From NCBI GenBank assembly GCA_000004695.1, contig CM000152.2:4320001-4384000 (forward strand): a DNA stretch of 64,000 bases, written 5' to 3'. Position numbers and translations under genes: made by a program. How positions within the stretch are numbered: position 1 is the stretch's first letter; each line of letters opens with the position of its first letter. Below, one piece after another: positions 32,811 to 44,338 of this stretch. This stretch comes from Dictyostelium discoideum. Lineage: Eukaryota. A model generated the notes under the pieces. That model was not told the origin of the DNA and made no database searches. It saw nothing but the letters and a program-made list of their open reading frames with translations.

Positions 32811-32820
32811 TATTATGGGA
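32811..32820 (-). promoter_or_regulatory. DUSE (Dictyostelium upstream sequence element, consensus [AT]CCCA[CT]AA) for the class I RNA gene
   Basis: The plus strand attatgggat equals minus-strand ATCCCATAAT, roughly 63-73 nt upstream of the predicted class I RNA 5' end at 32740. That is the usual DUSE distance. Confidence 0.7.
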
Positions 32821-32889
32821 TATCTTAAAAATAAAAATGAAAAAAAATAATAAAAAATAAAAAAAAAATGAAAAAAATAAAATAAAAAA

Positions 32890-33400
32890 ATAGAGCATTA
32901 AATTCAAAATTGAGATATTCAAGAGTGGCTAGTTGTACCATTTGTTAAGGAGGGTTTATTGGCAGACATCTTACACAAAATCTAAATATTGTGTCTTTTG
33001 TTTTGTGATCTCTTATTATTAGATTTATTTTATAATAATTGATCATAAAAAATAGCATCTCTAGTTGAGTGTCGATTGTAATTCAGTCTTTGGAATTTCG
33101 TTAAGACAATCTGCTACTTTTTCTTTTTTTGGTACCCAAAAAAAAAAACAAGAATGGGGAGAGATGATTCTGAAATACAATAGTAATTAGCTGTTGTTTT
33201 TCTTAGCTTGATCGTTGAGGTGAGAAGGATCTTAGGATCTTTGAAGTTATTATGGTCTTTTGCTGATAAGTTTTTCAGATCTTTTGCTTTTTTGATGTAT
33301 TCTAGAGTGGCCAATTTGTGCCATTTCTTTAGAAGGGAACTGTATGATAGTTATTCATTTGTTAAAGGATCTTCACTGTATATTTGATTCCAATTCAGAA
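32890..33400. mobile_element. GC-normal, non-coding, internally repetitive block immediately downstream of tRNA-Phe; possible relic of a tRNA-targeted retroelement (TRE3-like) or an unknown ncRNA locus
   Basis: Unlike the surrounding ~85% AT intergenic DNA, this roughly 500-bp block has balanced composition and no long ORF. It contains degenerate direct repeats (agagtggctagttgtaccatttgttaaggagg at 32921 versus agagtggccaatttgtgccatttctttagaagg at 33301; agaatggggag at 33153 and 33399). It lies where TRE3 elements insert, about 50-100 bp 3' of tRNA genes. The assignment is speculative. Confidence 0.25.
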
Positions 33401-33403
33401 TGG

Positions 33404-33414
33404 GGAGTTGAACC
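33404..33414 (-). promoter_or_regulatory. External B box (ex-B) downstream of tRNA-Phe
   Basis: Minus-strand GGTTCAACTCC matches the B-box consensus GGTTCGAnTCC and sits about 36 nt 3' of the tRNA. Such extra B boxes follow many Dictyostelium tRNA genes. Confidence 0.6.
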
Positions 33415-33449
33415 TATGGTTCAGGAATACCTAATTCTAAAAAGAATTT

Positions 33450-33523
33450 TGCCTCAGGCCGGGATCGAACCAGCGACCTTAAGATCTTCAGTCTCACGCT
33501 CGTACCAACTGAGCTACTAAGGC
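33450..33523 (-). tRNA. tRNA-Phe (anticodon GAA)
   Basis: The minus strand reads GCCTTAGTAGCTCAGTTGGTACGAGCGTGAGACTGAAGATCTTAAGGTCGCTGGTTCGATCCCGGCCTGAGGCA. It folds into a cloverleaf: acceptor GCCTTAG/CTGAGGC (one T-G pair), D stem GCTC/GAGC, anticodon stem TGAGA/TCTTA with loop CTGAAGA (GAA), T stem GCTGG/CCGGC and T loop TTCGATC. No intron. Confidence 0.9.
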
Positions 33524-34039
33524 TTTATGAAATTTTTATTTTCAATACAGAAAATTATGAGCTTTTAAATTAATTGGAAAAACCTAAAATTAATTTCCAA
33601 TTTAAAAGCTCACAAGATTCAAACTAATATTTTTCCCAAGTTTTAAAAATAGTTTATTTTAAAACTTCTCCACTTCCAACCAAATTGTAATTAACAAAAT
33701 AATTATTAAGAAAAGTTTTAAAAAAAAAAAAAATGATTTTAAATCAAAAATATTTGGTTTAGTTTAAATAAAAAAAAAAAAACTATGGGTTTGTTATTAC
33801 ATGCAAGTTTACCATTTAAAATATTCAATTTAAATTTATATTTTTAAATGATTTTAATTCCAAAAGATTTAAATGAAGGCTATCCACATTTACTAAAATA
33901 AACTTTCACAAAACTCCAAAGATACTGTTTTTTTTAAAAATTATTGTTTTTTTTTTTTTATTTTTTTTTTTTTTTGTTTTGTTTAAAAAAAAAAAAAGAT
34001 AAGATAAATAAAAAGTAATTGCTTTTCTTTTTCTTTTCT

Positions 34040-34071
<32 letters not shown>

Positions 34072-34162
34072 TTTAAGATTTTGATTTTTTTGTTTTTTTT
34101 TTTGTTTTTTTTTTTTTTATTATTATTATTATTATTTTTATTTTTATTTTTATTCCTATAAT

Positions 34163-34744
34163 TTAAAGTATAATACAACCAGATTTCTTTTTACCTGCTT
34201 TTCCTTTTGTTGGTTTATCACCTGATGGAACACCAGATGCACTTGAAGAACCATCTTGACTCTTTTTATCCATACCTCTTGATTCAAGAACGATTTCAAT
34301 GGCAGCACTGAAAACTTCTTCTAAACCTTGACGAGTCTTTGCAGAGACTTCTAAATATTTCTTGGCTTTAATTTGTTTTTGCATTGAAATACCCATATCG
34401 GCAGTGATTGGTTCGAATTTACCAGAGTTTGGATCTGGGTGTTGTTGTTCACGTAAATCGATTTTAGTACCAACTAAAATTGATGGTACATCTGGGATAT
34501 AGTGATTAACTTCTGGTGCCCACTAATTTTTAAAATTAAAAATAAAAAAAATAAAAAAATGATTAATACTATAAACAAAGTGATCATATGATATCACTAT
34601 AACTTACTTTATCTCTAATGGCTTCATATGATGATTGACTGATTGTGCTGAAACAAAGGAGAACAACATCAGCGCCTGGGTATGATAATGGACCTATTAA
34701 AATAAAAAAATAAAAAAAAAAGATTAATAATCTCTCTTGTCAAA

Positions 34745-34776
<32 letters not shown>

Positions 34777-35398
34777 CAAAAAATAGAATTTTTTTTTTTT
34801 TTAAAAAAAAAAAGATAAAAATAGATTTGGAAACAATAATTTACGTAAACGATCATATTCTTCTTGGCCTGCAGTATCCCATAAATGTACTTTAATATCT
34901 TCATTTCCTCTCTTTCTGGTTGCTGTATAATTTTCAAAAACAGTTGGTACATAATCTACTGGAAAATCATTTTGTGCATAACAAATTAAAAGACATGTTT
35001 TACTGTTGTATTGAAATTATAAAGGTTGTTTGATAAATTTTGAAAATGATTGTATATTTTTTTTTTTTGTTTTAAGTTTTTAATTAAATTTGTTTTTTTT
35101 TTTTTTTTTTTTTGAAATATAGAATCCATTTGATTTGAATTTTATTGAGGGAAAAAAAAAAAAAAAAAAAAAAAGTTGTTGAATTAGAATTTGATTTCTA
35201 AAAATATAAATAAAAAAAAAATAATAAAAATTAAAATACAAACCCAACAGCACCATCACCGACAACTACTAATTTAACTCTTGTTGCTCCTGAACCTTGA
35301 TCCTATTATTATAATAGATTATTATAATAATTTATATTTTTTTATTATTATTTTATTTATTTTTAAAAAAAAAGAGTTAGCATTAAGATTTAAATAAT

Positions 35399-35435
<37 letters not shown>

Positions 35436-35462
35436 GCATAGGAAATCACTTACTTCTGACAT
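34163..35462 (-). CDS. racE: Rho-family GTPase, 223 aa, 5 exons; most likely RacE
   Basis: Exons on the minus strand: 35462-35454 (ATG TCA GAA|GTAAGT, a 9-nt first exon), 35302-35244, 35002-34845, 34693-34608, 34522-34163. The spliced product is [48 protein letters not shown]...[28 protein letters not shown]...VPSILVGTKIDLRE...KKSQDGSSSASGVPSGDKPTKGKAGKKKSGCIIL (CAAX = CIIL). G1-G5 boxes are intact. The unusual N-terminus, the Ser-rich C-terminal insert and the 223-aa length fit RacE. The gene name is from memory. Confidence 0.8.
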
Positions 35463-35640
35463 TTTATTGATATTTATATGAAATAATTGGGAATTTTTTG
35501 GTTTTAATTTATTTATATTACTATTAAACTAAGTGATAATTTGATTAGTTTTAATTTTGTCCTGTTATTATTTATAATGATGAAAATACAAATTAATATT
35601 ATGAATATATAATAACGGTTGGGGTGAGAAAAAAAAAAAA

Positions 35641-35682
<42 letters not shown>

Positions 35683-35956
35683 AAAAAAAAAAAAATACAA
35701 AAAAAAAAAAAAAAAAAAAAATTAAAAAAAAAAAAATTATTTTGTTTATTAGAAAATGAGTGATCACCAACTTTTATTTTTTTTTGGTTTTTTTTTTTAA
35801 AAAAAAAAAATTCTGAATTTCTTAAATAAATAAATAAATAAATAATAAATAATAAATAATAAATAAAGAATAAAAATATATAAATAAAAATAGTTGCAGA
35901 TATTTGTTTCTTTTTTTTTTTTTTTTAATAAAAAAAGAAAAAAAAAATTTTTAAAG

Positions 35957-36017
<61 letters not shown>

Positions 36018-36110
36018 AATAATTATTATTATTATAATTTAAAACCCAAATTGGTTGGCTATATTTAGAATAAAATTTTTTTTTTTTTTTTTTAAACAAA
36101 AAATTTTAAC

Positions 36111-36144
<34 letters not shown>

Positions 36145-36719
36145 ATAATAATAGAAAATGAAGGTAGGTTATTTTCTAATTTATTCATACACAAATAAAA
36201 ACAATAAAAAAAAATAAAAAATAAAAAAAAATAAAAAAATTAAAAAAAAAAAATTATAAAAAAATAAAATCCAGAAAATTTTTCAAAGAATTTGATAACC
36301 TCTAAAAATAAATAGATTTTTTTTTTATTGTTTTTATTTTTTTATTTTTTTATTTTTTTTTATTGTTTTAATAAAAAATATGTTCCCAATTTTAAACTAT
36401 TTATGAAAAAAAAAAAATAAAAAACAATAATTAATTTTAAAATGGTACTAATACTCGACAACGATCTTAAACCGTTATATTTTACTTTAGCAATTATCAG
36501 TGCGTCTTTTTTAGTGAAAAGAGCCTATCAATCAACTAATATTTATGACTTTTTCAATATTAAAAAAAAATGCAACCCATTCCCTCAATCACAAAGTGAA
36601 TTAGTTGATTTACTTCATTATCGTATGTAAAAAATAAAAAAAAAAAATAAAAAAAAGAAATAGAAATTTCTTACTGATTTTATTTTTATTAAAAAAAAAA
36701 AAAAAAAAAAGAAAAAAGA

Positions 36720-37481
36720 ATGGTATTAAATAAAACAATTGTTGAAACATTAAAATTTGTTGATAGGAAATTATTTTTAGAGAATAAAAATGTAGAGAAT
36801 CCATATTATGATGAACCTAAACCAATTGGATATAATGCAACGATATCAGCACCTCATATGCATGCATTGATGTTAGATCTTTTAGCTGATCGTATACCAA
36901 TGAGTAATGGAGTTGCATTGGATATTGGATCAGGATCAGGTTATGTTACAGCATGTTTAGGACATTTAATGGGTTGTACAGGTAGAGTTATAGGTGTTGA
37001 ACATATTCCAGAATTGATTGAAAGATCAATAGAGAGTATTAAAAGATTGGATTCAACATTATTAGACAGAATTCAATTCCTTGTTGGTGACGGTATAAAA
37101 GGTTGGAAACAATTAAAATATGATATCATCTATTTGGGTGCTGCCATCGAATCATTACAAGTTGCACGTGAATTAATAGATCAATTGAAAAATGGTGGTA
37201 GAATAGTTATGCCTGTTGGTAAATCAAACGATTTCCATGAACTCATGGTAGTAGATAAAAATGAAGATGGTATTGTATCAATTAAATCTTTAGGTGTTGT
37301 TAGATTCGTACCTCTAACTTCAAAAGAAAATCAATTAAATCCTAAAAATAAACCAAATGCCACAAAAGTTACAAATATAAATGGTGAAAAAACTTTAATT
37401 CGTTGTGAAATTATACCAGCTCCTGATTCAAATTCAAATAATAATATAAAAGAATTTGAAAATTTAATAAATAAAAAATAA
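36720..37481 (+). CDS. pcmA: Protein-L-isoaspartate(D-aspartate) O-methyltransferase (PCMT/PIMT); the coding region probably starts in an upstream exon at about 36442-36626
   Basis: The ORF has SAM-binding motif I (ALDIGSGSGYVTACLGHLMG), the pre-region motif ATISAPHMHA and the post-motifs ..YDIIYLGAA.. and GGRIVMPVG. The upstream ORF 36442-36630 ends ..SQSELVDLLHY|GTATGT, which matches the PCMT N-terminal helix SHSELIHNLRKNG. It can splice to an acceptor just before 36720. Confidence 0.8.
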   Translation: MVLNKTIVETLKFVDRKLFLENKNVENPYYDEPKPIGYNATISAPHMHALMLDLLADRIPMSNGVALDIGSGSGYVTACLGHLMGCTGRVIGVEHIPELIERSIESIKRLDSTLLDRIQFLVGDGIKGWKQLKYDIIYLGAAIESLQVARELIDQLKNGGRIVMPVGKSNDFHELMVVDKNEDGIVSIKSLGVVRFVPLTSKENQLNPKNKPNATKVTNINGEKTLIRCEIIPAPDSNSNNNIKEFENLINKK

Positions 37482-37503
37482 AATTTAAAGATTTAATTAA
37501 ATT

Positions 37504-37545
<42 letters not shown>

Positions 37546-37874
37546 AAATAAAAATATTTAAAGATTTAATTAAAAAAAAAAATAAATAAAAAATCTATTT
37601 TAAAAAGATAAATTAATAAAAATAAAAAAAAAATTAAATTTCAAGTAATAAATAATATCCTAGATTAATCACAAAAAAGTAATCAAAGAATTTTGAAAAT
37701 AAATAAATTTTTTTTCTTTAAGATTTTAAACCAAATGTTTAAAAAAAGTAATTTTTTTTTTTTTTTTTTTTTTAAACTTAGTCGAAACTTTTTGATTTGC
37801 AAAAAGACAAAAATCCAATCTGATCACTCCATTTTTAAAATTTTTTTTTTTTTTTAAAAAAAAATTTAAAAATA

Positions 37875-37912
<38 letters not shown>

Positions 37913-38087
37913 AACATTTTATTTATAAAATTTTCTTTTCTCAGTAAAAACGTAAAACTTTTTTTTTTTCTTTTTTTTCTTTATTTTATTTATTTTTTTT
38001 CTTCTTCTTTTATTTGTAATTTTTTCCGCAAAAAAAAAAATCCTTTAAAATTTTTTTAAAATCCCAACAATTTTATTAATTAAACAT

Positions 38088-38138
<51 letters not shown>

Positions 38139-38552
38139 CGTTTATTTTTAAGACCTTAATTTATATTAGATTAGCAACTGTATTGTAATAAAGAAAATAT
38201 TATTAAAAAAAAAAAAAAAAAAAAGGTAATAATCAACCACCTATAGGTAAATTTGAAATTAAAATTTTTTTTTTTTTTAAACCACAAACCACACAACTAC
38301 CACCAATAGATTATATTATATTATTATTAGTCATATGTATATATTTTTTTATTTTTTTTTAATATAATAAAAATAATGAATTATTTAAATTATTATTTTA
38401 AAATTTTATATTAATATTTTAAATTATTATTAAAATGGTTACATATTATAATAATTTATTTAATTTAATTTAATTATTTAATTTAATTTAATTTTTTTTA
38501 AAAAAAAAAAAAGGTAAAAAGAATTTAAACTCTTTTTTTTTAAAAAAAAAAA

Positions 38553-39599
38553 ATGACAGTAGGTAAAGAGGAAGAATCAATACCCCATAGTTCATCATTT
38601 GATAATAAAATGGAAAATGATAGTGATAGTGATGAAGAAGATTCAATAGATTTAGATCAAGAGAATGAAAAAATAATTCCAAAATATAAAACAATTGGAA
38701 AAGCATTTCTATTAGCAGCAATAGTTGTAGCGATATTAGTAGTTGTACTACCAACTACATTAATTGATAAAGTTCAATTAAAGACTGACGGTGTAATATT
38801 TAGGGTGGCATTTGGTATATTTATGTTTTGCTTATTTTTATGTTTATTATTTATATATTCCCTCAGTCAGTCAGTGGCTTGGGAAGAGCCAAACCTAAAC
38901 GATATTCATCTTAATTTCACAAATATAACGATTATAGCTGGTATTATCATTGAATTTATTCAAATTTGTTCATTCTCCTTCAACTCTTTATCAGAGTTTA
39001 CAGGTTCAGAAATTTTACGTTACTTCAATTATGTGGCTGTTCCATTTGCACCTGGAATTAGTTTTCGTGTAATTTATTGGATTATGTTTGTGCTTGCTTT
39101 CTCTCCTTATATTTTCGTTGTCACTGTTAGATTAATTTTACATTTTATGACTCGTAATTAGTAAGTATTATTTACTAAAAAAAAAAAAAAAAAAAATTTC
39201 TTAATCAATTAATTATTTACAATTATATATTTACATAAATTTTTTATTTTTAAAATCTAAAAACAAAAAAAAAAAGTGGTGAAAATTATACATCATCATT
39301 TATTTCAAAATATCAACAAAAAATTTATAGTGTTCTATGGTTTTTGGTTAATACAATGTATTTACCAGTTATAAGTACAATGTTTGGTATGTATTAAAAT
39401 TTTAGTTTTTTAAAAAAACACCAAAAAAAAAAACACCAAAAAAAAATGAACATATAATTTAAAGTAGATGTAATTTAAAATAATTTTCATTTAATTAAAT
39501 AATAACAAAAATTCAAATTTTTTTTGGTGTTAAAAGCTATTATTTAAATAGTTTAATAAATAAATAGTTTATTTTATTTTATTTTAATTTATATTAACT

Positions 39600-39633
<34 letters not shown>

Positions 39634-40353
39634 CTTTATAGGTGGTGAAGACTGTACAATTAAATCCGATTCCGATTCTTCAACAGCAACATTAGATAGT
39701 GACCCAAATATAAATTGTTTTAAAAATATTCATATTCCATTTATGATTTGTTCATTAATTGCTCTTGTAATGTATTATCCAGCAGCTTCTTTTGCTCAAT
39801 CTCAAACTCAAAATATTAGTGATATTAAATTTAAACCAAGAGTTGTTTTTATTTTTGCTCAAGTAAGTTTTTTTTTATTTTCATTATTATTATTTCATTT
39901 AATAATAATTTAATTAATTTTTTTTTTTTATTTTTTTTTTTTTAGTTAAAAGTAATTTTAGCAGCAGTAACACTTTTTGCAACAACACTTATAGAATTTT
40001 ATCTTGGAGCAGTACTTGCAGTAAATATAATATTCATGGGTATTAATATTGTATTGAAGCCATGTCTTGTAAATTGGGTAAATAGATTGAGATCTGTTTT
40101 ATTTTCTCTAGCGTTAGCAGCAACTGTATGCTCTTGGATTGCATATGGTGGTGCTCCTAAAATTGCTCCTTTAATATTATTAATCGTCAGTTGGATAGCA
40201 TTGGCAATTCTATTCTATTTATTCTATAAATTCGAACCCACCTTATCCGATACTTTAACTTCGTTGGGTTTAAAAAAAAATATAATCAATATAAATAATA
40301 ATAACAATAATAATAATAGAAATTCAAAAGAACAAGAATTAAATAAGGTTTAA
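38553..40353 (+). CDS. Multi-pass transmembrane protein of unknown family, 5 exons, about 430 aa
   Basis: Exon 1 is 38553-39157 (acidic N-terminus then TM helices, donor TA|GTAAGT). Exon 2 is ~39281-39370 (..YGENYTSSFISKYQQKIYSVLWFLVNTMYLPVISTMF, donor G|GTATGT). Exon 3 is ~39641-39861 (GGEDCTIKSDSDSS...FIFAQ, donor GTAAGT). Exon 4 is ~39946-40353 (LKVILAAVTLFATTLIEFYLG...ending [19 protein letters not shown]). The phases check out: TA+T gives Tyr and G+GT gives Gly. Hydrophobic segments occur throughout. Confidence 0.55.
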
Positions 40354-40503
40354 ATTAATAAAAAAAAACAAAAAAAAAAAAACCAATATCTTAACATATA
40401 TTGTATTTAAATTATTTTTTAAAAAAAAAAAAAAAATTCCCAAGATTGTGTTGAATATTTACAAGATAGTTTTTTATAACTATACTATTTATTTATCTAT
40501 TAT

Positions 40504-41689
40504 TTATTTTTCACCAACAATCTCATATATTTCTTTATTTGAGTAAATTTTAACTGTATTTGATGGTGGTGAATTTAAAAGTTCATTTTCCTATAAAAAA
40601 ATAAAATAAAAAAAAATTAGTAAGAGGTTCAGATTTTGTGAAAAAGAAAATAATAATAATAATAATAACTTACAGCTTCAATTCTCATTGCTTTTGCAAG
40701 TGTTGAAACCTTCATTGGTGAAACTACTTTAATAAAGACATTTTCAATCCAACGATCTCCGACTCCTCTCTATTAAAAAAAAAAAAATAAAAAAAAATAA
40801 AAAAATAAAAAAAAATAAAAAAATAAAAAATTATTAGTATTTACCAAGATATTAAAAAAAAAGATTTTATTATTATCTCCGACTCCTCTCTATTAAAAAA
40901 AAAAAAAACATACATCTAAAAATCCTGGTCTGAATATTGAGAGATAATGGAAACCTTCTTTTTTCATCTTTTCTTCGATTTCACCTTTAACTTTTGGATA
41001 AAGGAAAAATGAATTTGGATTTGAACCTGTTGATGTTAATAAATGCATAGAACGTACACCAGATTCTTTTGATAGGTCTGCAAATTTTGATGAAATACCT
41101 AATTCAATCTCTCTGAATCTTTCTGCACTACCTATAATAGTAAAAAAATTTATTTAGTTTTTTTTTTTTCTTTTTTTTTTATTCCAATTTCCCTCTATAT
41201 AAATAAAATTAAAGAATTTACCTGCTTGTTTTCTAGTTGTACCCAAAACATTAAATGCAGCATCCTTATCTTTAAATTCTTCTTTATAATCTTCTAATTT
41301 ATCAAAGTCAACTACAACTTGTTTTAATTTTTCTAATAAATAAATAAATAAATAAATAAATTAGATAATTAATGCTTTTTTAGAAAATATATATATAAAA
41401 TTAATATACCATTTTGGATAGAAAGATCTTCTTTTCTAACTAAAGATGTAACTTGAACGAATTTTGAGTCAATCAACTCACGAATTAAATGTTTTCCAGT
41501 TGCACCGGTACCACCAATGACTATACACTTTGCACCTTGACTCATGTTGTAATATTTGAAATTGTATGGTTTGTAATTTGATATCTCTGAGTTTTCACTT
41601 ATTGTATTAATGAAATAACCACTATTATTATAAATATATTGAAATATAAATGCAATACTTGTTATTAAAATAAAATAAAACTTTTTCAT
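40504..41689 (-). CDS. HTATIP2/TIP30 (CC3)-like NAD(P)-binding oxidoreductase with an N-terminal signal/anchor, 5 exons
   Basis: Exon 1 is 41689-~41410 (MKKFYFILITSIAFIFQ...GAKCIVIGGTGATGKHLIRELIDSKFVQVTSLVRKEDLSIQNG). Later exons encode EKLKQVVVDFDKLEDYKEEFKDKDAAFNVLGTTRKQAG, SAEGFREIELGISSKFADLSKESGVRSMHLLTSTGSNPNSFFLYPKVKGEIEEKMKKEGFHYLSIFRPGFLD, RGVGDRWIENVFIKVVSPMKVSTLAKAMRIEA and ENELLNSPPSNTVKIYSNKEIYEIVGEK. These align along the length of human HTATIP2 (..[69 protein letters not shown]..). Confidence 0.7.
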
Positions 41690-41727
41690 TAAAAAAATAT
41701 AAATATAAATAGTAAAAAAGTGAATGG

Positions 41728-41765
<38 letters not shown>

Positions 41766-42079
41766 ATACTTTGTGCGAGATCTCACAATTTTTTTTATTT
41801 CATTTTTTTTTTATTTTTATTTTTTTTTTTAAATAAACACAACAGAATTTGGTGTCAAAAAAAAAGAAAAGACAATAATTTAGTATTTTTTTTTTAAATA
41901 AACACAATAAAATTTGGTGTTAAAAAAAAAAAGGGAAATAATTATTACAACAATGGTTTTTTTTTTTTTAAGTTTCTCTTTTTTTTTTTTTTTATTTAAA
42001 TTTTTTTTATAAAAAAAAAAAAGTTAATAATATATTATAAATAAAAAAATGATAATTAAGTTATGAATATATGTATATA

Positions 42080-42120
<41 letters not shown>

Positions 42121-42234
42121 AAATTTTTGTTTAAACACACATTAAAATATTATATATATTGGTATGTTATTAAAATAACCTATATATATAATATTTTTTT
42201 TTTTTTTTTTTTTTTTTTTATATGATAGTTTTTG

Positions 42235-42985
42235 TTAAATATTTTTAAGCAGTGCTTGGGAATTTAACACTACCAGAACAACTCCAACCTTGGAGATCTG
42301 GACAATCCATGATTGATAAACTATTTTTATCGATACAAACAGCAACAGTTGATAATTGACCAGATGAACATTGAATACCTGGTTTACCACCAAAATGAGT
42401 GGTGATAGCATTAGTGATATCGACTGGTTTGTAAGTGTTGCTATCTGATGGATAAATATTTTCAGATTCGAGGGCAGCAGTGATATTGAATTCGGTGTAA
42501 AGTTTGATACCAGTAGCGAAATAATCGTGAATATCTGTGATTGGACCTGTGATTGAACAAGTACCATGTTTGCTGAATTCGTGAGTCCAGAAATCAGTGT
42601 TTGGACCAGTGAGTGATGGCCAATCAAAGTTTAATTGATCTTCTAAATCTTGGATAGCATTAACATTGAATGATGGACCTGAACAGAATGATGGATAACT
42701 GCCATCACTATTCTCTGGCCATAAACCATGGATAGTGAATGCTTCTCTTTCTTTATTTTGAATACAAGTTTGTGAATCGCAGTATGAATAAATCCATTGT
42801 TGAACAAATAAATAAAAGTCAAAATCACCTGGTTTTGAACTTTCATAAATTGTAACTAATAATTGAATTTTGAATATTTAAAAAAATATATATTTTTTTA
42901 AAAAAATTTTATCAAAAAAAATAAAAATAAATAAATTAATTATTTGTTTTATTTTTATAACTCGTTTTTTTTTTTTCGTTTTTTT

Positions 42986-43023
<38 letters not shown>

Positions 43024-43102
43024 CCAATATTATTAAACTTACCAGTTGATTGAGCAGTTGAAGCTATTAATAATACAGATAAAAGAGCAGCAATTAATCT
43101 CA
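42235..43102 (-). CDS. Ribonuclease T2 family (secreted/lysosomal RNase), 2 exons, about 227 aa
   Basis: Exon 1 is 43102-43043 (MRLIAALLSVLLIASTAQST, a signal peptide, donor G|GTAAGT). Exon 2 is 42855-42235. It carries both catalytic CAS motifs, FTIHGLWPE and FWTHEFSKHGTC, plus conserved Cys pairs. Confidence 0.8.
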
Positions 43103-43600
43103 TTTTTTGGTAATTTCTTTCGGCCGAGGTTATATCAGATAAATGATATTTTTATAAATTGGAGTGTTTATTCGAAAAAAAAAAAGAATTGAAAAAAAAA
43201 ATATATGAAAAAATAAAAATTTAAAAAAATAAAAAAAGAGATTTTTTTTTAAAAAAAAAAAAATTCAAACTTTATAGTTTTAAAAATAGTAAGTTAAAAA
43301 AAAAAAAACAAAATAAAAAATATATTTTTAAAAAATAAATTAGTATTCGCTTTATGTAACTATTATAAAAAAAAATTACAGTTATGTAAAAAAAGTTATA
43401 ATAAAAAAAAAAAAAAAAAAAAAAAAAATGTTTAAATAAATGCACGAATGGAAATTTTAAATAAAAAATTTAAATAAATAAAAGAAAGAAAAGATAATTT
43501 TAACACACAATTAAAATAATATTTCAAATAAGTGGTAATTTTTTTTAGTGAGTATGAAACGTATAATTTGGAAGAGTAGATATTATTTTAAAATATCTAC

Positions 43601-43642
<42 letters not shown>

Positions 43643-44296
43643 CCCAAAATTGTGTTAAGAATTTAATAGAAATACAAAAAAAAAAATAAACAAAAATAAA
43701 TAAAAAAATTATAAACAGAAGATATTGATGTTGGTATGAAATGAATAAATAAATTAAATAAAATTATAACTACTATCGTTATTATTGATGTTATTACTAT
43801 AATGATTAAATATAAAATAAAAAGATGTTTTTATATAATTTGTTTTATTACCATTTAATTTATTATATTTTTTATTATTATTATTTTTTTATTTTTTTAC
43901 AAATACACATAAAACTCTATTTTTTTGATTGGGTTAAACCCTTCTAAATTGTAGGATTAGATCCACAAACACATAAAAACATACTTTTAATGGTTGATAT
44001 GATTTCAACAAATTTAACGAAATAAAATTTTTTTTTTATAAAGTGAGGGTTTTTTTTTTTTTTTTTTTTTTTTTTGGTAATTGAAATAAATAATTGTAAT
44101 AATATTCCCAATGATGAGTTTGATAATTAAATAAAAGAAAATGATTTTTTTTTAGTTTTATTTTAATATTTTTTTTTTAAAAAAATAAAATAAAAAAAAA
44201 ATAAAATAATAAATAAAAATAAAAAAGACAGTAGGGTTGTGTGTTAAAAAAAAAAAAAAAAAATCTTTGTGTTTATTGGTCAAAAAAGTATGTGTG

Positions 44297-44338
<42 letters not shown>

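Noticed and set aside
33114-33314. 66-aa minus-strand ORF inside the GC-normal block next to tRNA-Phe
   Set aside because: It is short, has no recognisable motif, and lies in a region better explained as a repeat or retroelement relic. It is not reported as a gene.
36160-36165. Possible 2-codon first exon (ATG AAG|GTAGGT) for the PCMT gene, by analogy with racE's 9-nt first exon
   Set aside because: No AG acceptor upstream of the SQSELVDLLHY segment is in the phase required to join it, so this micro-exon is unsupported.
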